Positions 8,925-18,946 of a DNA stretch of 64,000 bases are shown one piece after another (position 1 is the stretch's first letter; the number at the start of each line of letters is the position of its first letter). The stretch lies in IMG/VR virus record IMGVR_UViG_3300020187_003193; one strand, given 5' to 3'. The translations under genes and the position numbers were made by a program. Source of the stretch: a virus. A model generated the notes under the pieces. The model searched no databases and was not told where the DNA came from. It worked only from the letters and a program-made list of their open reading frames with translations.

Positions 8925-9329
8925 ATGGCTGCAGGAAAATATTCTTTCTTAATAGAGCAAGGAGCTACTACTAATTTTGAAATAGTTTACAAAGATTCAA
9001 CGGGAACACCTATTGATTTGACTAACTATCAAGCTAGAATGCAAGTAAGAACTCTTAAAACAGGTTCTTCTGATATATACTTAACTTTATCTTCAAGTTT
9101 ACAAGAAGACGGAACAGGTTTAAGCTTAAGTGGATCTAGTGGTATAAACCCCCCCGAATCTGGATCGATTGGAATATTCATCTCAGCGGCAACATCTTCA
9201 GAATTAAACTTTTCTCAAGGTTACTATGACTTAGAAATAGCCACAGGTAGTGGCCCAACAGCTGTAGTAACTAGATTGTTAGAAGGAGTTGCTCAATTAT
9301 CTCAACAAGTAACTACAGGATCCTTTTAA
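8925..9329 (+). CDS. Small virion structural protein (BppU-like Ig fold)
   Basis: IEQGAT...PIDLTNYQARMQVR...YYDLEI...RLLEG pattern, rich in SGS/TGS. Confidence 0.5.
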   Translation: MAAGKYSFLIEQGATTNFEIVYKDSTGTPIDLTNYQARMQVRTLKTGSSDIYLTLSSSLQEDGTGLSLSGSSGINPPESGSIGIFISAATSSELNFSQGYYDLEIATGSGPTAVVTRLLEGVAQLSQQVTTGSF

Positions 9330-10399
9330 TGGCTAATAAGATAACAGTAAATACAGATACAAGCCAAGTCACGGTACAAAACCCCTCTGCAAACAATGTA
9401 GTACAGGTTAATACTCCTGGACCTCAAGGATCCCCTGGTGAACAGGGCCCACAAGGACCCGCAGGTGAAATACCTACATCAGGCTCATATAGTGGTTCAT
9501 TTAGTGGATCATTTCAAGGAGACGGAACATTATTAACAGGTGTAGCTTCTCCCACAGGATCCTATACAGGTTCCTTTACAGGCTCCGTTTTAGGAGACGT
9601 AATAGGTACAGCTTCACAAGCCGTAACCGCTTCATATGCCCTATTTGCTGTATCGGCTTCACATGAGGTTACACTAGAATTATCATCTTCATTTGCTGAA
9701 ACTGCATCTGTAGCATTACGTGGTGAAGGAGATTTTACAGGTAGCTTTTTAGCTACAGGAGATATTTTACCTGATGCCCATTTTGCCTATGACATAGGTT
9801 CATCTGAAAGGGCATTTAGAGAATTATACTTAAGTGGATCAACTATATACTTAGGTGGAAATAAACTCTCAATTAACGAAGAAGGTACCCTTAAAGTTAC
9901 AAATAACGAATCAGGTGAGCAAACTCCCTCAGATCTTTCGGGTTCATTTACAGGTTCATACTTAGGTTCAGTATCAACAACAGACTTTACCTTTGATGGT
10001 GATACTTTAAACGTATTGGGAGATGTATTTGTACAAGGTACATTAGATGCTGCAACCAAAAACTTTAAAATACAGCACCCAACAATGCCTGGGTACTATT
10101 TAGTACACTCTTCACTTGAAGGACCAGAACGCGGGATGTATGTTAGAGGCAAATTAAAAACTAGCGATACAATTCACTTACCAGATTACTGGAACGAATT
10201 AACAGACGATGTAGATATTACAGTACAACTTACTCCAATAGGAAACTCTTGTACACATTTTGTAAAATCTGTAAATAAACAAGAAATTATAGTTGGATGC
10301 GATTGCGGGGCACCACATTGTTTCTATATTGTACACGCACAACGATACAATGAAGGCAAGTTTGACGTATTACAACCCAAATGGACGAAAAAATTATAA
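9329..10399 (+). CDS. Short fibre/spike protein with a short collagen stretch and a fibre-type C-terminal domain
   Basis: GPQGSPGEQGPQGPAG and many SGSF/TGSF units. C-terminal KNFKIQHP...LVHSSLEGPE...LPDYW...VQLTPIG. Confidence 0.6.
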   Translation: MANKITVNTDTSQVTVQNPSANNVVQVNTPGPQGSPGEQGPQGPAGEIPTSGSYSGSFSGSFQGDGTLLTGVASPTGSYTGSFTGSVLGDVIGTASQAVTASYALFAVSASHEVTLELSSSFAETASVALRGEGDFTGSFLATGDILPDAHFAYDIGSSERAFRELYLSGSTIYLGGNKLSINEEGTLKVTNNESGEQTPSDLSGSFTGSYLGSVSTTDFTFDGDTLNVLGDVFVQGTLDAATKNFKIQHPTMPGYYLVHSSLEGPERGMYVRGKLKTSDTIHLPDYWNELTDDVDITVQLTPIGNSCTHFVKSVNKQEIIVGCDCGAPHCFYIVHAQRYNEGKFDVLQPKWTKKL

Positions 10400-10421
10400 T
10401 ATATTTATATAAAAACACACC

Positions 10422-11570
10422 ATGAATAATCCACTTATATGGAACGGAACATCATATTTCTTCCCAGGCCAAACACCCTTTGGCTTCTACGATAATGATT
10501 CAACTTTCCAAAATGATGCTGATAGAGTAGCTCAATTTTGTGCTACACGTTTAGGATACCCTACAGTTGATGTTGAAATGGGTAGTGGTTCATTTTATGC
10601 ATGTTTTGAAGAAGCCGTAACTACATACGGTAACGAACTTTACCTATATCAAATAAGAAACAACTTCTTAAATTTAGAAGCATCAACAACAGGTTCAACA
10701 TTAAATCAATCTTTAATTAACCCTAACCTAGGTAACACAATTCGCTTAGCTGAAAATTATGCAGCCGAAGCAGGAGCTGGTGGATTCACAACATGGCATT
10801 CAGGTGCTGTAGCGTTATCAGCTTCAGTACAAGAATACGATTTAAAACAATGGGCTGAAGATGAAGGAATTGAAGGGCCAATTGAAATAAAAGAGATATT
10901 TTACCAAAATACACCTGCAATAGTTCGATACTTCGATCCATATGCTGGTACAGGATACGGATCTCAACAATTACTTGACGTATTTGGGTTTGGAAATTAC
11001 TCTCCTGCCGCGAATTTCTTACTAATGCCAATTTATTACGATATTTCTGTAATACAAGCAATAGAATTAAACGATCAAGTTAGAAAATCCGCATATTCAT
11101 TTGAACTTATCAACAATAACTTAAGAATATTCCCAATACCTAATCAAGCTGGTCAATTATTCTTCAAATACATTAAAGTAGATGAAAGAAATGCACCAAC
11201 TGCACAAGGATATGATGGGGGAAACATGGTAACTGACATTTCAAATGTTCCTTATGAAAATCCTACATATCAATATATAAACGCACCTGGTAGGTACTGG
11301 ATATTCGAATACACTTTAGCATTAGCAAAAGAATTACTAGGATACATTAGAGGAAAATATACTCAAGTACCAATCCCTGGAGCTGAAGTAACTTTAAACC
11401 AATCTGATCTATTATCATCAGCAACTGAATTAAAAGCGGCATTAATTGAAAAATTAAGAAACGATTTAGACGAAAATTCTAGAAGGATGCAACTTCAACG
11501 TAAAGCAGAAGAAGCAAATTCAATGAAGGATACATTAGGTCAAGTTCCACTTCCAATCTTTATAGCATAG
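10422..11570 (+). CDS. Neck/head-completion protein (T4 gp13-like)
   Basis: RLGYPTVDVE, YTLALAKELLGYIRGKY...PIPG...LN, C-terminal P(L)P(I)FI. First gene of the neck trio. Confidence 0.7.
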   Translation: MNNPLIWNGTSYFFPGQTPFGFYDNDSTFQNDADRVAQFCATRLGYPTVDVEMGSGSFYACFEEAVTTYGNELYLYQIRNNFLNLEASTTGSTLNQSLINPNLGNTIRLAENYAAEAGAGGFTTWHSGAVALSASVQEYDLKQWAEDEGIEGPIEIKEIFYQNTPAIVRYFDPYAGTGYGSQQLLDVFGFGNYSPAANFLLMPIYYDISVIQAIELNDQVRKSAYSFELINNNLRIFPIPNQAGQLFFKYIKVDERNAPTAQGYDGGNMVTDISNVPYENPTYQYINAPGRYWIFEYTLALAKELLGYIRGKYTQVPIPGAEVTLNQSDLLSSATELKAALIEKLRNDLDENSRRMQLQRKAEEANSMKDTLGQVPLPIFIA

Positions 11571-11571
11571 T

Positions 11572-12063
11572 ATGTCATTATACGGAAGAAGCAGAGATAT
11601 ATCACTATTCCAGGGGCTCAACACAGAGCTCCTGCATAAAATCATCGAACAACAGGTAGGATACTACAAGGTAAAGCTAGATGACACGCCTGCCAACATG
11701 TATGGAGAGGCTCAAAATAAAACGTTTATAGGACCTGTTCTTCTTAAATGTTTATTGGATAGAGGTGCACAGACTGCAACAAACGATAATTTTGGTGTAG
11801 ATAGAAACAGAACACTATCAGCTAGATTCTTAAGACAAGATCTAGTTCATTCTAGTGTGTTCCCTGAAATAGGAGATGTTATATTGTGGAACGAAGATTA
11901 CTATGAAGTAGACAATATAGTTGAAAATCAACTTGTTGTAGGAAAAGATCCGTCTTATCCATATAGCGATACAGTAGACGATTTTGGTTCAAGTTTATCA
12001 ATCATAGTTGAGGCACATTACACAAGACCAGAAAAACTTGGAATTAAAGAACAAAGATTATAA
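11572..12063 (+). CDS. Neck/head-closure protein (T4 gp14-like)
   Basis: 163 aa. NMYGEA and PEIGDVILWNEDYYEV. Follows the gp13-like gene. Confidence 0.6.
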   Translation: MSLYGRSRDISLFQGLNTELLHKIIEQQVGYYKVKLDDTPANMYGEAQNKTFIGPVLLKCLLDRGAQTATNDNFGVDRNRTLSARFLRQDLVHSSVFPEIGDVILWNEDYYEVDNIVENQLVVGKDPSYPYSDTVDDFGSSLSIIVEAHYTRPEKLGIKEQRL

Positions 12064-12935
12064 TGGATTTTAAACCAAGACCATATACAAAACGAGAATT
12101 CTTATCTACACTACAGAATCCATACGAAAACCCTGAAACAAAGGTTGAAGTGGCTCCTGTACAGAAGGTATCCACCGAAGTTAAACCAGGACAACCTGAG
12201 ATTAACAGAGCGGAACAGGTATCGATGAAAGACGATACAAAGAATAAAACGTTTTCAATTGGTTTAGAAGATATAGATGCTGCATTACTATATTACTTAA
12301 AGGATGTAATTAAACCTACAGTAATGCAAAATAGTAAGCAGATAGAAGTACCTGTTATATATGGTTCTCCTGAAAGATGGAAATCGATGCAAGCCGATGG
12401 TTTCTATAGAGACAAAAATGGTAAAACAATGGTTCCTCTTATTATGTTTAAGAGAGAAAGTTTTACTAAAAACAATACACTAGGGAATAAATTAGATGGT
12501 AATAAAGTACATAACGTTCAATATTTTGAAACAACATACTCAAAAAGAAACGTATACGATAACTTTAACTTACTAAGAGATCAAAAACCTCAAAAGGAAT
12601 ATGTGTTGGGTATAATCCCCGATTACATTGATTTAAATTATACACTATCCATATACACTGACTTTACAGTACAAAGTAACCAATTAACGGAGGCAATAGA
12701 ATTTGCAGCTCGTTCATATTGGGGCGATCCTGAAAGATTTATGTTTAGAACAAACATAGAAACATTCAGTACTCCTACATTACTTGAAAATGGCACTGAT
12801 AGAGCAAACCGAGTAGATATGGCGTTGCTTGTCAATGGATATATCATACCTTCAGGTATAAACGCTGCTATGGCTGGACCAAATCCAAAATCATATAATG
12901 TAACTAAAACAAAATTTAAAGAAAACATTGGATAA
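12063..12935 (+). CDS. Tail terminator/sheath stabiliser (T4 gp15-like)
   Basis: VPVIYGSPERW, PLIMFKR and P.YIDLNYTLSIYT. Follows the neck genes. Confidence 0.65.
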   Translation: MDFKPRPYTKREFLSTLQNPYENPETKVEVAPVQKVSTEVKPGQPEINRAEQVSMKDDTKNKTFSIGLEDIDAALLYYLKDVIKPTVMQNSKQIEVPVIYGSPERWKSMQADGFYRDKNGKTMVPLIMFKRESFTKNNTLGNKLDGNKVHNVQYFETTYSKRNVYDNFNLLRDQKPQKEYVLGIIPDYIDLNYTLSIYTDFTVQSNQLTEAIEFAARSYWGDPERFMFRTNIETFSTPTLLENGTDRANRVDMALLVNGYIIPSGINAAMAGPNPKSYNVTKTKFKENIG

Positions 12936-12937
12936 AT

Positions 12938-12968
12938 TTTGAATATTAAATAAAGGTTATTATATTAA
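12938..12968 (+). promoter_or_regulatory. Bacteroidota-type sigma70 promoter (-33 TTTG / -7 TAnnTT) for the glycosyltransferase
   Basis: TTTG-N19-TATATTAA immediately before the ATG at 12974. Confidence 0.6.
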
Positions 12969-12973
12969 ATGTT

Positions 12974-15298
12974 ATGAAAATACTCGCTTCAACTAGTTTT
13001 ATAGGCACTACAGGATATGCAAACCATGCACAATCCTTTTTTACTGCTTTAGATAAACTCACTCCTGTTAAAGTACGAAATTTTACTATAGGTAAAGGCT
13101 GGGAAGGTAACTCTAAAAATCAACACGATAAAGAGCCATACTTAACCCCCCAAATGAAGAGAATGCTTCATTCACAAACCCTATGGAACTCAGATGGTAC
13201 TAAAAGTGACCACCCTATATATTCACATGAAGAAGGATTTGTTCCTGATGTAAACATTGTTTTAAACGAACATAACCACCATTATTTCCATGATTCATAT
13301 GAGGGATATAAAATAGCATATAACGTATGGGAAACTACACGTTATTCAGAAGAATATTTTAATGCTATAAAAAACTTTGATGAATTATGGGTACCTACCC
13401 AATGGCAAAAAGACATATCTGTAAAACAAGGATATCCTGAAGATAAAGTGTTTGTTATACCCGAAGGAGTAGACGGTGATACTTTCAAACCTACATCTAA
13501 ACCTAAAAAACGAGATAAATTTCAATTTATCGTAGTAGGAAGATGGGATTATAGAAAAGGTGTAAAAGAAAGTATAGAGGCATTCCTCAAAGCATTCCCA
13601 GATAATCAAAATGTTGAACTTTTAATTAATGTTGAAAATCCCTTCCCGGTAGATGGCATGTCATCAACAGAAGAACGTTTAAAACATTACGGATTAGAGG
13701 ATGATAGAATAAAAATATTAAAGTTTTTAGATAGAAAAGAATATATTAAATTAATTCAAAACGCTGATGTATTTTTATCATGCGCTCGTGCTGAGGGATG
13801 GAATTTACCATTAATTGAAGCTTTAGCTTGTGGTATCCCTTCAATATATACAAAATGTAGCGGACAACTTGAATTCACAGAGGGTAAAGGGCTAGGTATA
13901 GGAATACTAGGAGAAGAACCTGCAACTAACAATAAAAATCTTACCTACGATCAAAACTTACCCGGTAATTTTTATACTCCCGATTTAGAGGATTTAGTTG
14001 TTAAAATAAAGGACGCATATGATAACTGGGACGTATGGAAATTATGGCATCTTAAGAGGTCTAAAGAAATACGTAAAAAGTTTTCATGGGAAAATCAAGC
14101 TAAATTAGCACATGACAGATTAAAAATTGTTAAAACTCTTACCCCTAAAACCTCCATAAATAAAGTGCCTAGGTTAGAAGTAAACTTTGTAGATGGTCCT
14201 TATGCATGTTTAAGAGATTCTAATAAAGAATATATAGTAGACTTTATTAATCGAGATATAAATAAAGTTGAATTTACTACCCCTCTAAAAAATAATCACT
14301 GGAGTAAAACTTATTATAAGTATTTTATTAATTGGGAACTAAGACTTAAAAACCAAAAAGGTGAAATATTAAATACCCACAAATATAATGCATCCAATAA
14401 ACGTGTTTATATATCATTAGGGTCAAAATCATTAGGAGATACTTTAGCATGGTTCCCTTATGTAGAAGAATTTAGAAAAAAACATAATTGTCACGTAGTT
14501 GTATCTACTTTTTGGAATCATTTCTTTGAAGGACATTATCCTGAGTTAGAATTTGTTAAACCTGGAGAGGCTGTAAATAATTTATATGCTATGTATGAAT
14601 TAGGTTGGTACTATAAAGATAATAGTAATGAACTAGACCTCTATAAACAACCCGTAGATCCTAAATCTATTACACTTCAACAAACTGCAACTAACATATT
14701 AGGTTTAGAATATAAAGAAATTATACCTAAAATAAATGTACCTGTTAAAGAGAGACCATTTAAAGAAAAATATATTGTATTCTCACCACATGCCTCAGCA
14801 TCTGCCAAATACTGGCACCATGAAACGGGGTGGCAAGATGTAATTAACTACGTTACAAACGTATTAGGTTTCAAAATGGTAATGATATCTAAAGAACCAT
14901 ACGATAGCGAATGGGAAACAAATAAACTGCCAAGAAATAAAAAATTCGAAAATATAATAGATGCTACAGGTGACCATCCAATAGAAGATATTATGAATAT
15001 GATATACTACTCAGAAATGTACATTGGTGTTTCAAGTGGTTTAGCATGGTTAACATGGGCAATCCAAAAACCAGTAGTGATGGTATCAGGATTCAGTTCA
15101 TCTTGGACCGAGTTCACTACAAAAATACAGCGAATTATAAACAAAGATGTATGTAATTCTTGCTTTAATAACTCAAAATTAGACGCAGGTGATTGGGATT
15201 GGTGCCCAAATCATAAAGATACCCCAAGACAGTTTGAATGCACTAAAAAAATATCCCCAGAACAAGTAATAAAAGGCATTACTCGTAGTCTTGTGTAA
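12974..15298 (+). CDS. Two-domain glycosyltransferase: N-terminal GT4 plus C-terminal AAH/TibC-like protein O-glycosyltransferase (heptosyltransferase family)
   Basis: GT4 part: YNVWET, VGRWDYRKG, RAEGWNLPLIEALACG. AAH/TibC-like part: SLGDTLAWFPYVEEFRKKH, YIGVSSGLAWL, VVMVSGFS, and the four-Cys finger CNSCFN...WDWCP.H...RQFECTK. Confidence 0.85.
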   Translation: MKILASTSFIGTTGYANHAQSFFTALDKLTPVKVRNFTIGKGWEGNSKNQHDKEPYLTPQMKRMLHSQTLWNSDGTKSDHPIYSHEEGFVPDVNIVLNEHNHHYFHDSYEGYKIAYNVWETTRYSEEYFNAIKNFDELWVPTQWQKDISVKQGYPEDKVFVIPEGVDGDTFKPTSKPKKRDKFQFIVVGRWDYRKGVKESIEAFLKAFPDNQNVELLINVENPFPVDGMSSTEERLKHYGLEDDRIKILKFLDRKEYIKLIQNADVFLSCARAEGWNLPLIEALACGIPSIYTKCSGQLEFTEGKGLGIGILGEEPATNNKNLTYDQNLPGNFYTPDLEDLVVKIKDAYDNWDVWKLWHLKRSKEIRKKFSWENQAKLAHDRLKIVKTLTPKTSINKVPRLEVNFVDGPYACLRDSNKEYIVDFINRDINKVEFTTPLKNNHWSKTYYKYFINWELRLKNQKGEILNTHKYNASNKRVYISLGSKSLGDTLAWFPYVEEFRKKHNCHVVVSTFWNHFFEGHYPELEFVKPGEAVNNLYAMYELGWYYKDNSNELDLYKQPVDPKSITLQQTATNILGLEYKEIIPKINVPVKERPFKEKYIVFSPHASASAKYWHHETGWQDVINYVTNVLGFKMVMISKEPYDSEWETNKLPRNKKFENIIDATGDHPIEDIMNMIYYSEMYIGVSSGLAWLTWAIQKPVVMVSGFSSSWTEFTTKIQRIINKDVCNSCFNNSKLDAGDWDWCPNHKDTPRQFECTKKISPEQVIKGITRSLV

Positions 15299-15341
15299 TA
15301 TTTATTAGGGAATAATCCTTGGTAAATAGAAATCACAATAA

Positions 15342-18300
15342 ATGGCTACAATAAGTACATCGGGTATACAGAGTGGAAGTGTAATTAAAGCTGAACACGT
15401 TCTTGACATAATAGATGCCTTAAATGGTAATACTGCAACAGGTATAGTAATATCAGGATCAGTAAGGATTACAGGAAGTTTTAATTTTGACACATCATCT
15501 TTACCTTATACACCTTTTGATGAGGCCCCCTATATTTTAGCATATAATACAGGAAGTGGAGAAGTATCTTTCTCTGAAAGAGGTGCTACTTCAGGAACTT
15601 CAGGAACATCTGGTACATCTGGTACAGATGGTACATCGGGTACATCAGGTTCATCTGGAACTTCGGGCACTTCAGGTAGTTCAGGTTCTTCAGGGTCATC
15701 AGGAAGCTCAGGCACATCCGGTAGCTCAGGCTCAAGTGGTACATCCGGCTCATCTGGAACTTCAGGTACTGATGGTACATCTGGTACATCAGGTTCATCT
15801 GGAACCTCAGGTACATCAGGTAGTTCAGGTACAGATGGTACATCAGGCACATCAGGATCTTCAGGTACAAGTGGTACATCTGGTACATCAGGTTCATCTG
15901 GAACTTCAGGCTCATCTGGCTCATCAGGTTCAAGTGGATCATCAGGCACATCTGGTTCTTCGGGTACTTCAGGTACTTCTGGTAGCTCTGGCTCATCAGG
16001 TTCATCTGGCTCTTCAGGAAGCTCAGGCACATCTGGCTCATCAGGTTCTTCAGGCACATCTGGTAGCTCAGGTTCATCAGGTTCAAGTGGATCATCAGGA
16101 ACATCTGGCTCTTCAGGTAGCTCAGGCACATCCGGTAGCTCAGGAACATCTGGTTCTTCAGGCACATCAGGTACTTCGGGTAGTGATGGAACATCGGGAT
16201 CATCAGGAAGTTCAGGAACATCAGGCTCATCAGGAACATCCGGTTCTTCAGGAAGCTCAGGCACATCCGGTTCATCTGGCTCTTCAGGAAGCTCAGGCAC
16301 ATCTGGCTCATCAGGTTCTTCAGGTACTTCTGGTTCAAGTGGAACTAGTGGAACAAGTGGTGCTGTATACTCTTCAACATCACCCTCAGAATTAACAATA
16401 GGAACTGGTACTCAAAACTTAACAGTTGGTACTGGTTTAACATATACAGCAGGACAAGGTGTTATTATCACCGAGGCTGCTGCCCCTACAACTAACTACA
16501 TGGAAGGTAGAGTAACATCATATAATGGTGGTACCGGTGCCTTAGTAGTAGATGTATTTACCGCAGAGGGAAGTGGAACATTCTCAAGCTGGAATGTAAA
16601 CTTACAATCAGCTCCTGGTACATCCGGTACATCCGGTACATCAGGTGGTACACAGATAGCAAATAACACAGGTAGTTATATGTTAACTGCTCAAGGAACT
16701 GCTGAAGTACTAGCCCATGAAGAAATTCAATTTTCAAATACTTGGTTAACAGCTTCTAATGCTATTATTCCTGGAGATTTAATAGTAGAAGGTACAGCCT
16801 CTGTTTCTTTCCTACAAAGTGTTACAGGTTCAGCCAAAATAATTGGAGACGCCTTTATTATCTTAAATAATAATACACCTGCGGAAAGATATGCAGGTAT
16901 TGTAGTTCAAGATAGTGGATCTACTAATGATACAGCTTCATTACAATTTGATGGGCAAACAAATGACTGGTTCTACGAATACACAGATGATGGAGGAGCA
17001 ACTGTAGATCATGGTGTAGTAATATTCGGAGAAGCTTACGATACTAAAGGTTCACCAATTTATCCAAGCAATAACACAATTCAAAAAGGTAATGGTGAAC
17101 ATCATATATTAGATTCAAATATTACAGATGACGATAGTCATATAAAATTAGGAATAGATACAGTAGTTTCAAGCTCTTTAGATGTTACTGGAAGCTTACA
17201 ATTAACTGGATCCTTAAATATAAGTGGCTTACAAGCCAACGCTTCTGAAGATACAATCTTAGTAATCAGCCCAGCGGGTGTAGTAGGAACAAAAGAAGGA
17301 GCAGCAAGTTCAGGTACTTCAGGTACAGATGGAACTTCAGGAACAAATGGTTCCGACGGAACAGGTGGTTCTTCAGGATCATCTGGTTCTTCAGGTTCAT
17401 CAGGAACTAATGGAACATCTGGTTCATCCGGTTCATCTGGTACAAACGGTACAGATGGCACATCTGGCAGTTCAGGCTTTTCAGGTACATCCGGTTCATC
17501 AGGTACTTCAGGTACGGATGGTACTTCAGGTAGTTCAGGCACAAATGGAACATCAGGATCTTCAGGCTCATCAGGCTCATCAGGCTCATCAGGTAGCTCA
17601 GGTTCTTCAGGTACAAATGGTACAGATGGTACATCAGGTTCTTCAGGAAGCTCGGGAACATCAGGCTCCTCAGGTTCATCCGGAACAAACGGAACAAATG
17701 GTACCTCAGGATCATCGGGTTCATCAGGTACTTCAGGTTCATCTGGTTCTTCAGGAACAAATGGAACAAATGGAACATCCGGTTCTTCAGGCACATCTGG
17801 AACTTCAGGTTCATCAGGTTCATCAGGTACAAACGGAACAAGTGGAACATCAGGTTCATCTGGAACATCAGGTACATCAGGTTCATCTGGAACTTCAGGT
17901 TCATCAGGTACATCTGGTATTGCCGGACCAACTGGCCCTACAGGACCAACAGGACCAACAGGTGCTACAGGACCTGCGGGAACGTCTGGTTCATCCGGTA
18001 CATCTGGCAGCTCAGGTACATCAGGATCATCAGGAACATCTGGTGCTACAGGACCAACAGGACCTACAGGACCAACAGGTGCAGGAGGAACATCAGGTTC
18101 TTCAGGTACATCTGGAACAACAACAATTACAGGTAATGCAAATAATAGAGTATTAACTGCAACAGGTACCGCAACTATTAATGGTGAAGCTAATTTAACC
18201 TTTGATGGTAGTACTTTAACAGTAGCAGGCTCAATAAATGAAACTTCTTCAAGAAGATTTAAGAAAAATATTACTCCTTTAGAAAACCAACTAGAAAAAT

Positions 18301-18521
18301 TATTACAATTAAACCCTGTAGAATATGATTGGGTTAAAGATGGTAAGCATGATATTGGTTTGATAGCTGAAGAAGTAAACGAATTAATCCCAGAAGTGGT
18401 TCACGTAATAGAAGATGAAGTACAAGGTATACATTACTCTAGATTAACCGCAGTTTTAATTAAAGCAGTACAAGAATTAAAACAAGAAGTAGAACTTCTT
18501 AAAGCAAAATTAAATGGCTAA
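15342..18521 (+). CDS. Collagen-like Ser/Thr Gly-X-Y fibre protein with a C-terminal peptidase S74 (intramolecular chaperone) domain
   Basis: 1059 aa with two long G-T-S/G-S-S blocks. C-terminal SSRRFKKNI...LNPVEYDW...GLIAEEV. Confidence 0.85.
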   Translation: MATISTSGIQSGSVIKAEHVLDIIDALNGNTATGIVISGSVRITGSFNFDTSSLPYTPFDEAPYILAYNTGSGEVSFSERGATSGTSGTSGTSGTDGTSGTSGSSGTSGTSGSSGSSGSSGSSGTSGSSGSSGTSGSSGTSGTDGTSGTSGSSGTSGTSGSSGTDGTSGTSGSSGTSGTSGTSGSSGTSGSSGSSGSSGSSGTSGSSGTSGTSGSSGSSGSSGSSGSSGTSGSSGSSGTSGSSGSSGSSGSSGTSGSSGSSGTSGSSGTSGSSGTSGTSGSDGTSGSSGSSGTSGSSGTSGSSGSSGTSGSSGSSGSSGTSGSSGSSGTSGSSGTSGTSGAVYSSTSPSELTIGTGTQNLTVGTGLTYTAGQGVIITEAAAPTTNYMEGRVTSYNGGTGALVVDVFTAEGSGTFSSWNVNLQSAPGTSGTSGTSGGTQIANNTGSYMLTAQGTAEVLAHEEIQFSNTWLTASNAIIPGDLIVEGTASVSFLQSVTGSAKIIGDAFIILNNNTPAERYAGIVVQDSGSTNDTASLQFDGQTNDWFYEYTDDGGATVDHGVVIFGEAYDTKGSPIYPSNNTIQKGNGEHHILDSNITDDDSHIKLGIDTVVSSSLDVTGSLQLTGSLNISGLQANASEDTILVISPAGVVGTKEGAASSGTSGTDGTSGTNGSDGTGGSSGSSGSSGSSGTNGTSGSSGSSGTNGTDGTSGSSGFSGTSGSSGTSGTDGTSGSSGTNGTSGSSGSSGSSGSSGSSGSSGTNGTDGTSGSSGSSGTSGSSGSSGTNGTNGTSGSSGSSGTSGSSGSSGTNGTNGTSGSSGTSGTSGSSGSSGTNGTSGTSGSSGTSGTSGSSGTSGSSGTSGIAGPTGPTGPTGPTGATGPAGTSGSSGTSGSSGTSGSSGTSGATGPTGPTGPTGAGGTSGSSGTSGTTTITGNANNRVLTATGTATINGEANLTFDGSTLTVAGSINETSSRRFKKNITPLENQLEKLLQLNPVEYDWVKDGKHDIGLIAEEVNELIPEVVHVIEDEVQGIHYSRLTAVLIKAVQELKQEVELLKAKLNG
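15594..16361 (+). repeat. Gly-X-Y repeat block 1 (about 85 triplets, GTS/GSS/GTD)
   Basis: Gly at every third codon. 9-nt units such as tcaggtaca, tctggttca and tcaggaact. Confidence 0.95.
17313..18116 (+). repeat. Gly-X-Y repeat block 2 (about 89 triplets, [12 protein letters not shown])
   Basis: Uninterrupted Gly-X-Y register. Confidence 0.95.
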
Positions 18522-18891
18522 GAATGTTAGAATAGTACCTGCTTCTGGTTCTATCTACTTCACAGGTGATGGATATGATATAACAGGATCAGTAGTACTT
18601 AAAACTTTAGGGAATACAGAAGACCTTGCTTTCGCTGTTGCCGATAGTAATGAACCTATCCTTCTCATATCAAAAGAATCTGGTAGAGTAGCAGTAGGAA
18701 TATCATCAGCATCAGCTAAATTAGAAGTATTTTCAAACACAGATGAAGATCTTTTATTAATTAGAAACTCCAATGGAGGTATAAAAGTAAACAATGAAGG
18801 AGTTTTAGTATTATCTAACTATGACGGCGAACCTACTCCCGTAAGTGGGGGGATATATTACAGTAATTCCCAATTCTTTGTTGGGCCCTAA
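18514..18891 (+). CDS. Small fibre-associated structural protein
   Basis: 125 aa, overlaps the upstream stop, beta-rich with SGS/TGS/SAS tripeptides. Confidence 0.55.
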   Translation: MAKNVRIVPASGSIYFTGDGYDITGSVVLKTLGNTEDLAFAVADSNEPILLISKESGRVAVGISSASAKLEVFSNTDEDLLLIRNSNGGIKVNNEGVLVLSNYDGEPTPVSGGIYYSNSQFFVGP

Positions 18892-18946
18892 ATATTTATT
18901 AAAGAACAATCACAAATTCAACCCACAACTAAAAAACACATAACAA

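Noticed and set aside
15530-17931. Long minus-strand and off-frame ORFs (PEVPDEP..., VHQVHL..., MNLMYL...) over the first fibre gene
   Set aside because: These are shadows of the 9-nt Gly-X-Y codon repeats, which lack stops in other frames. They have no promoter or start context and no protein-like complexity.
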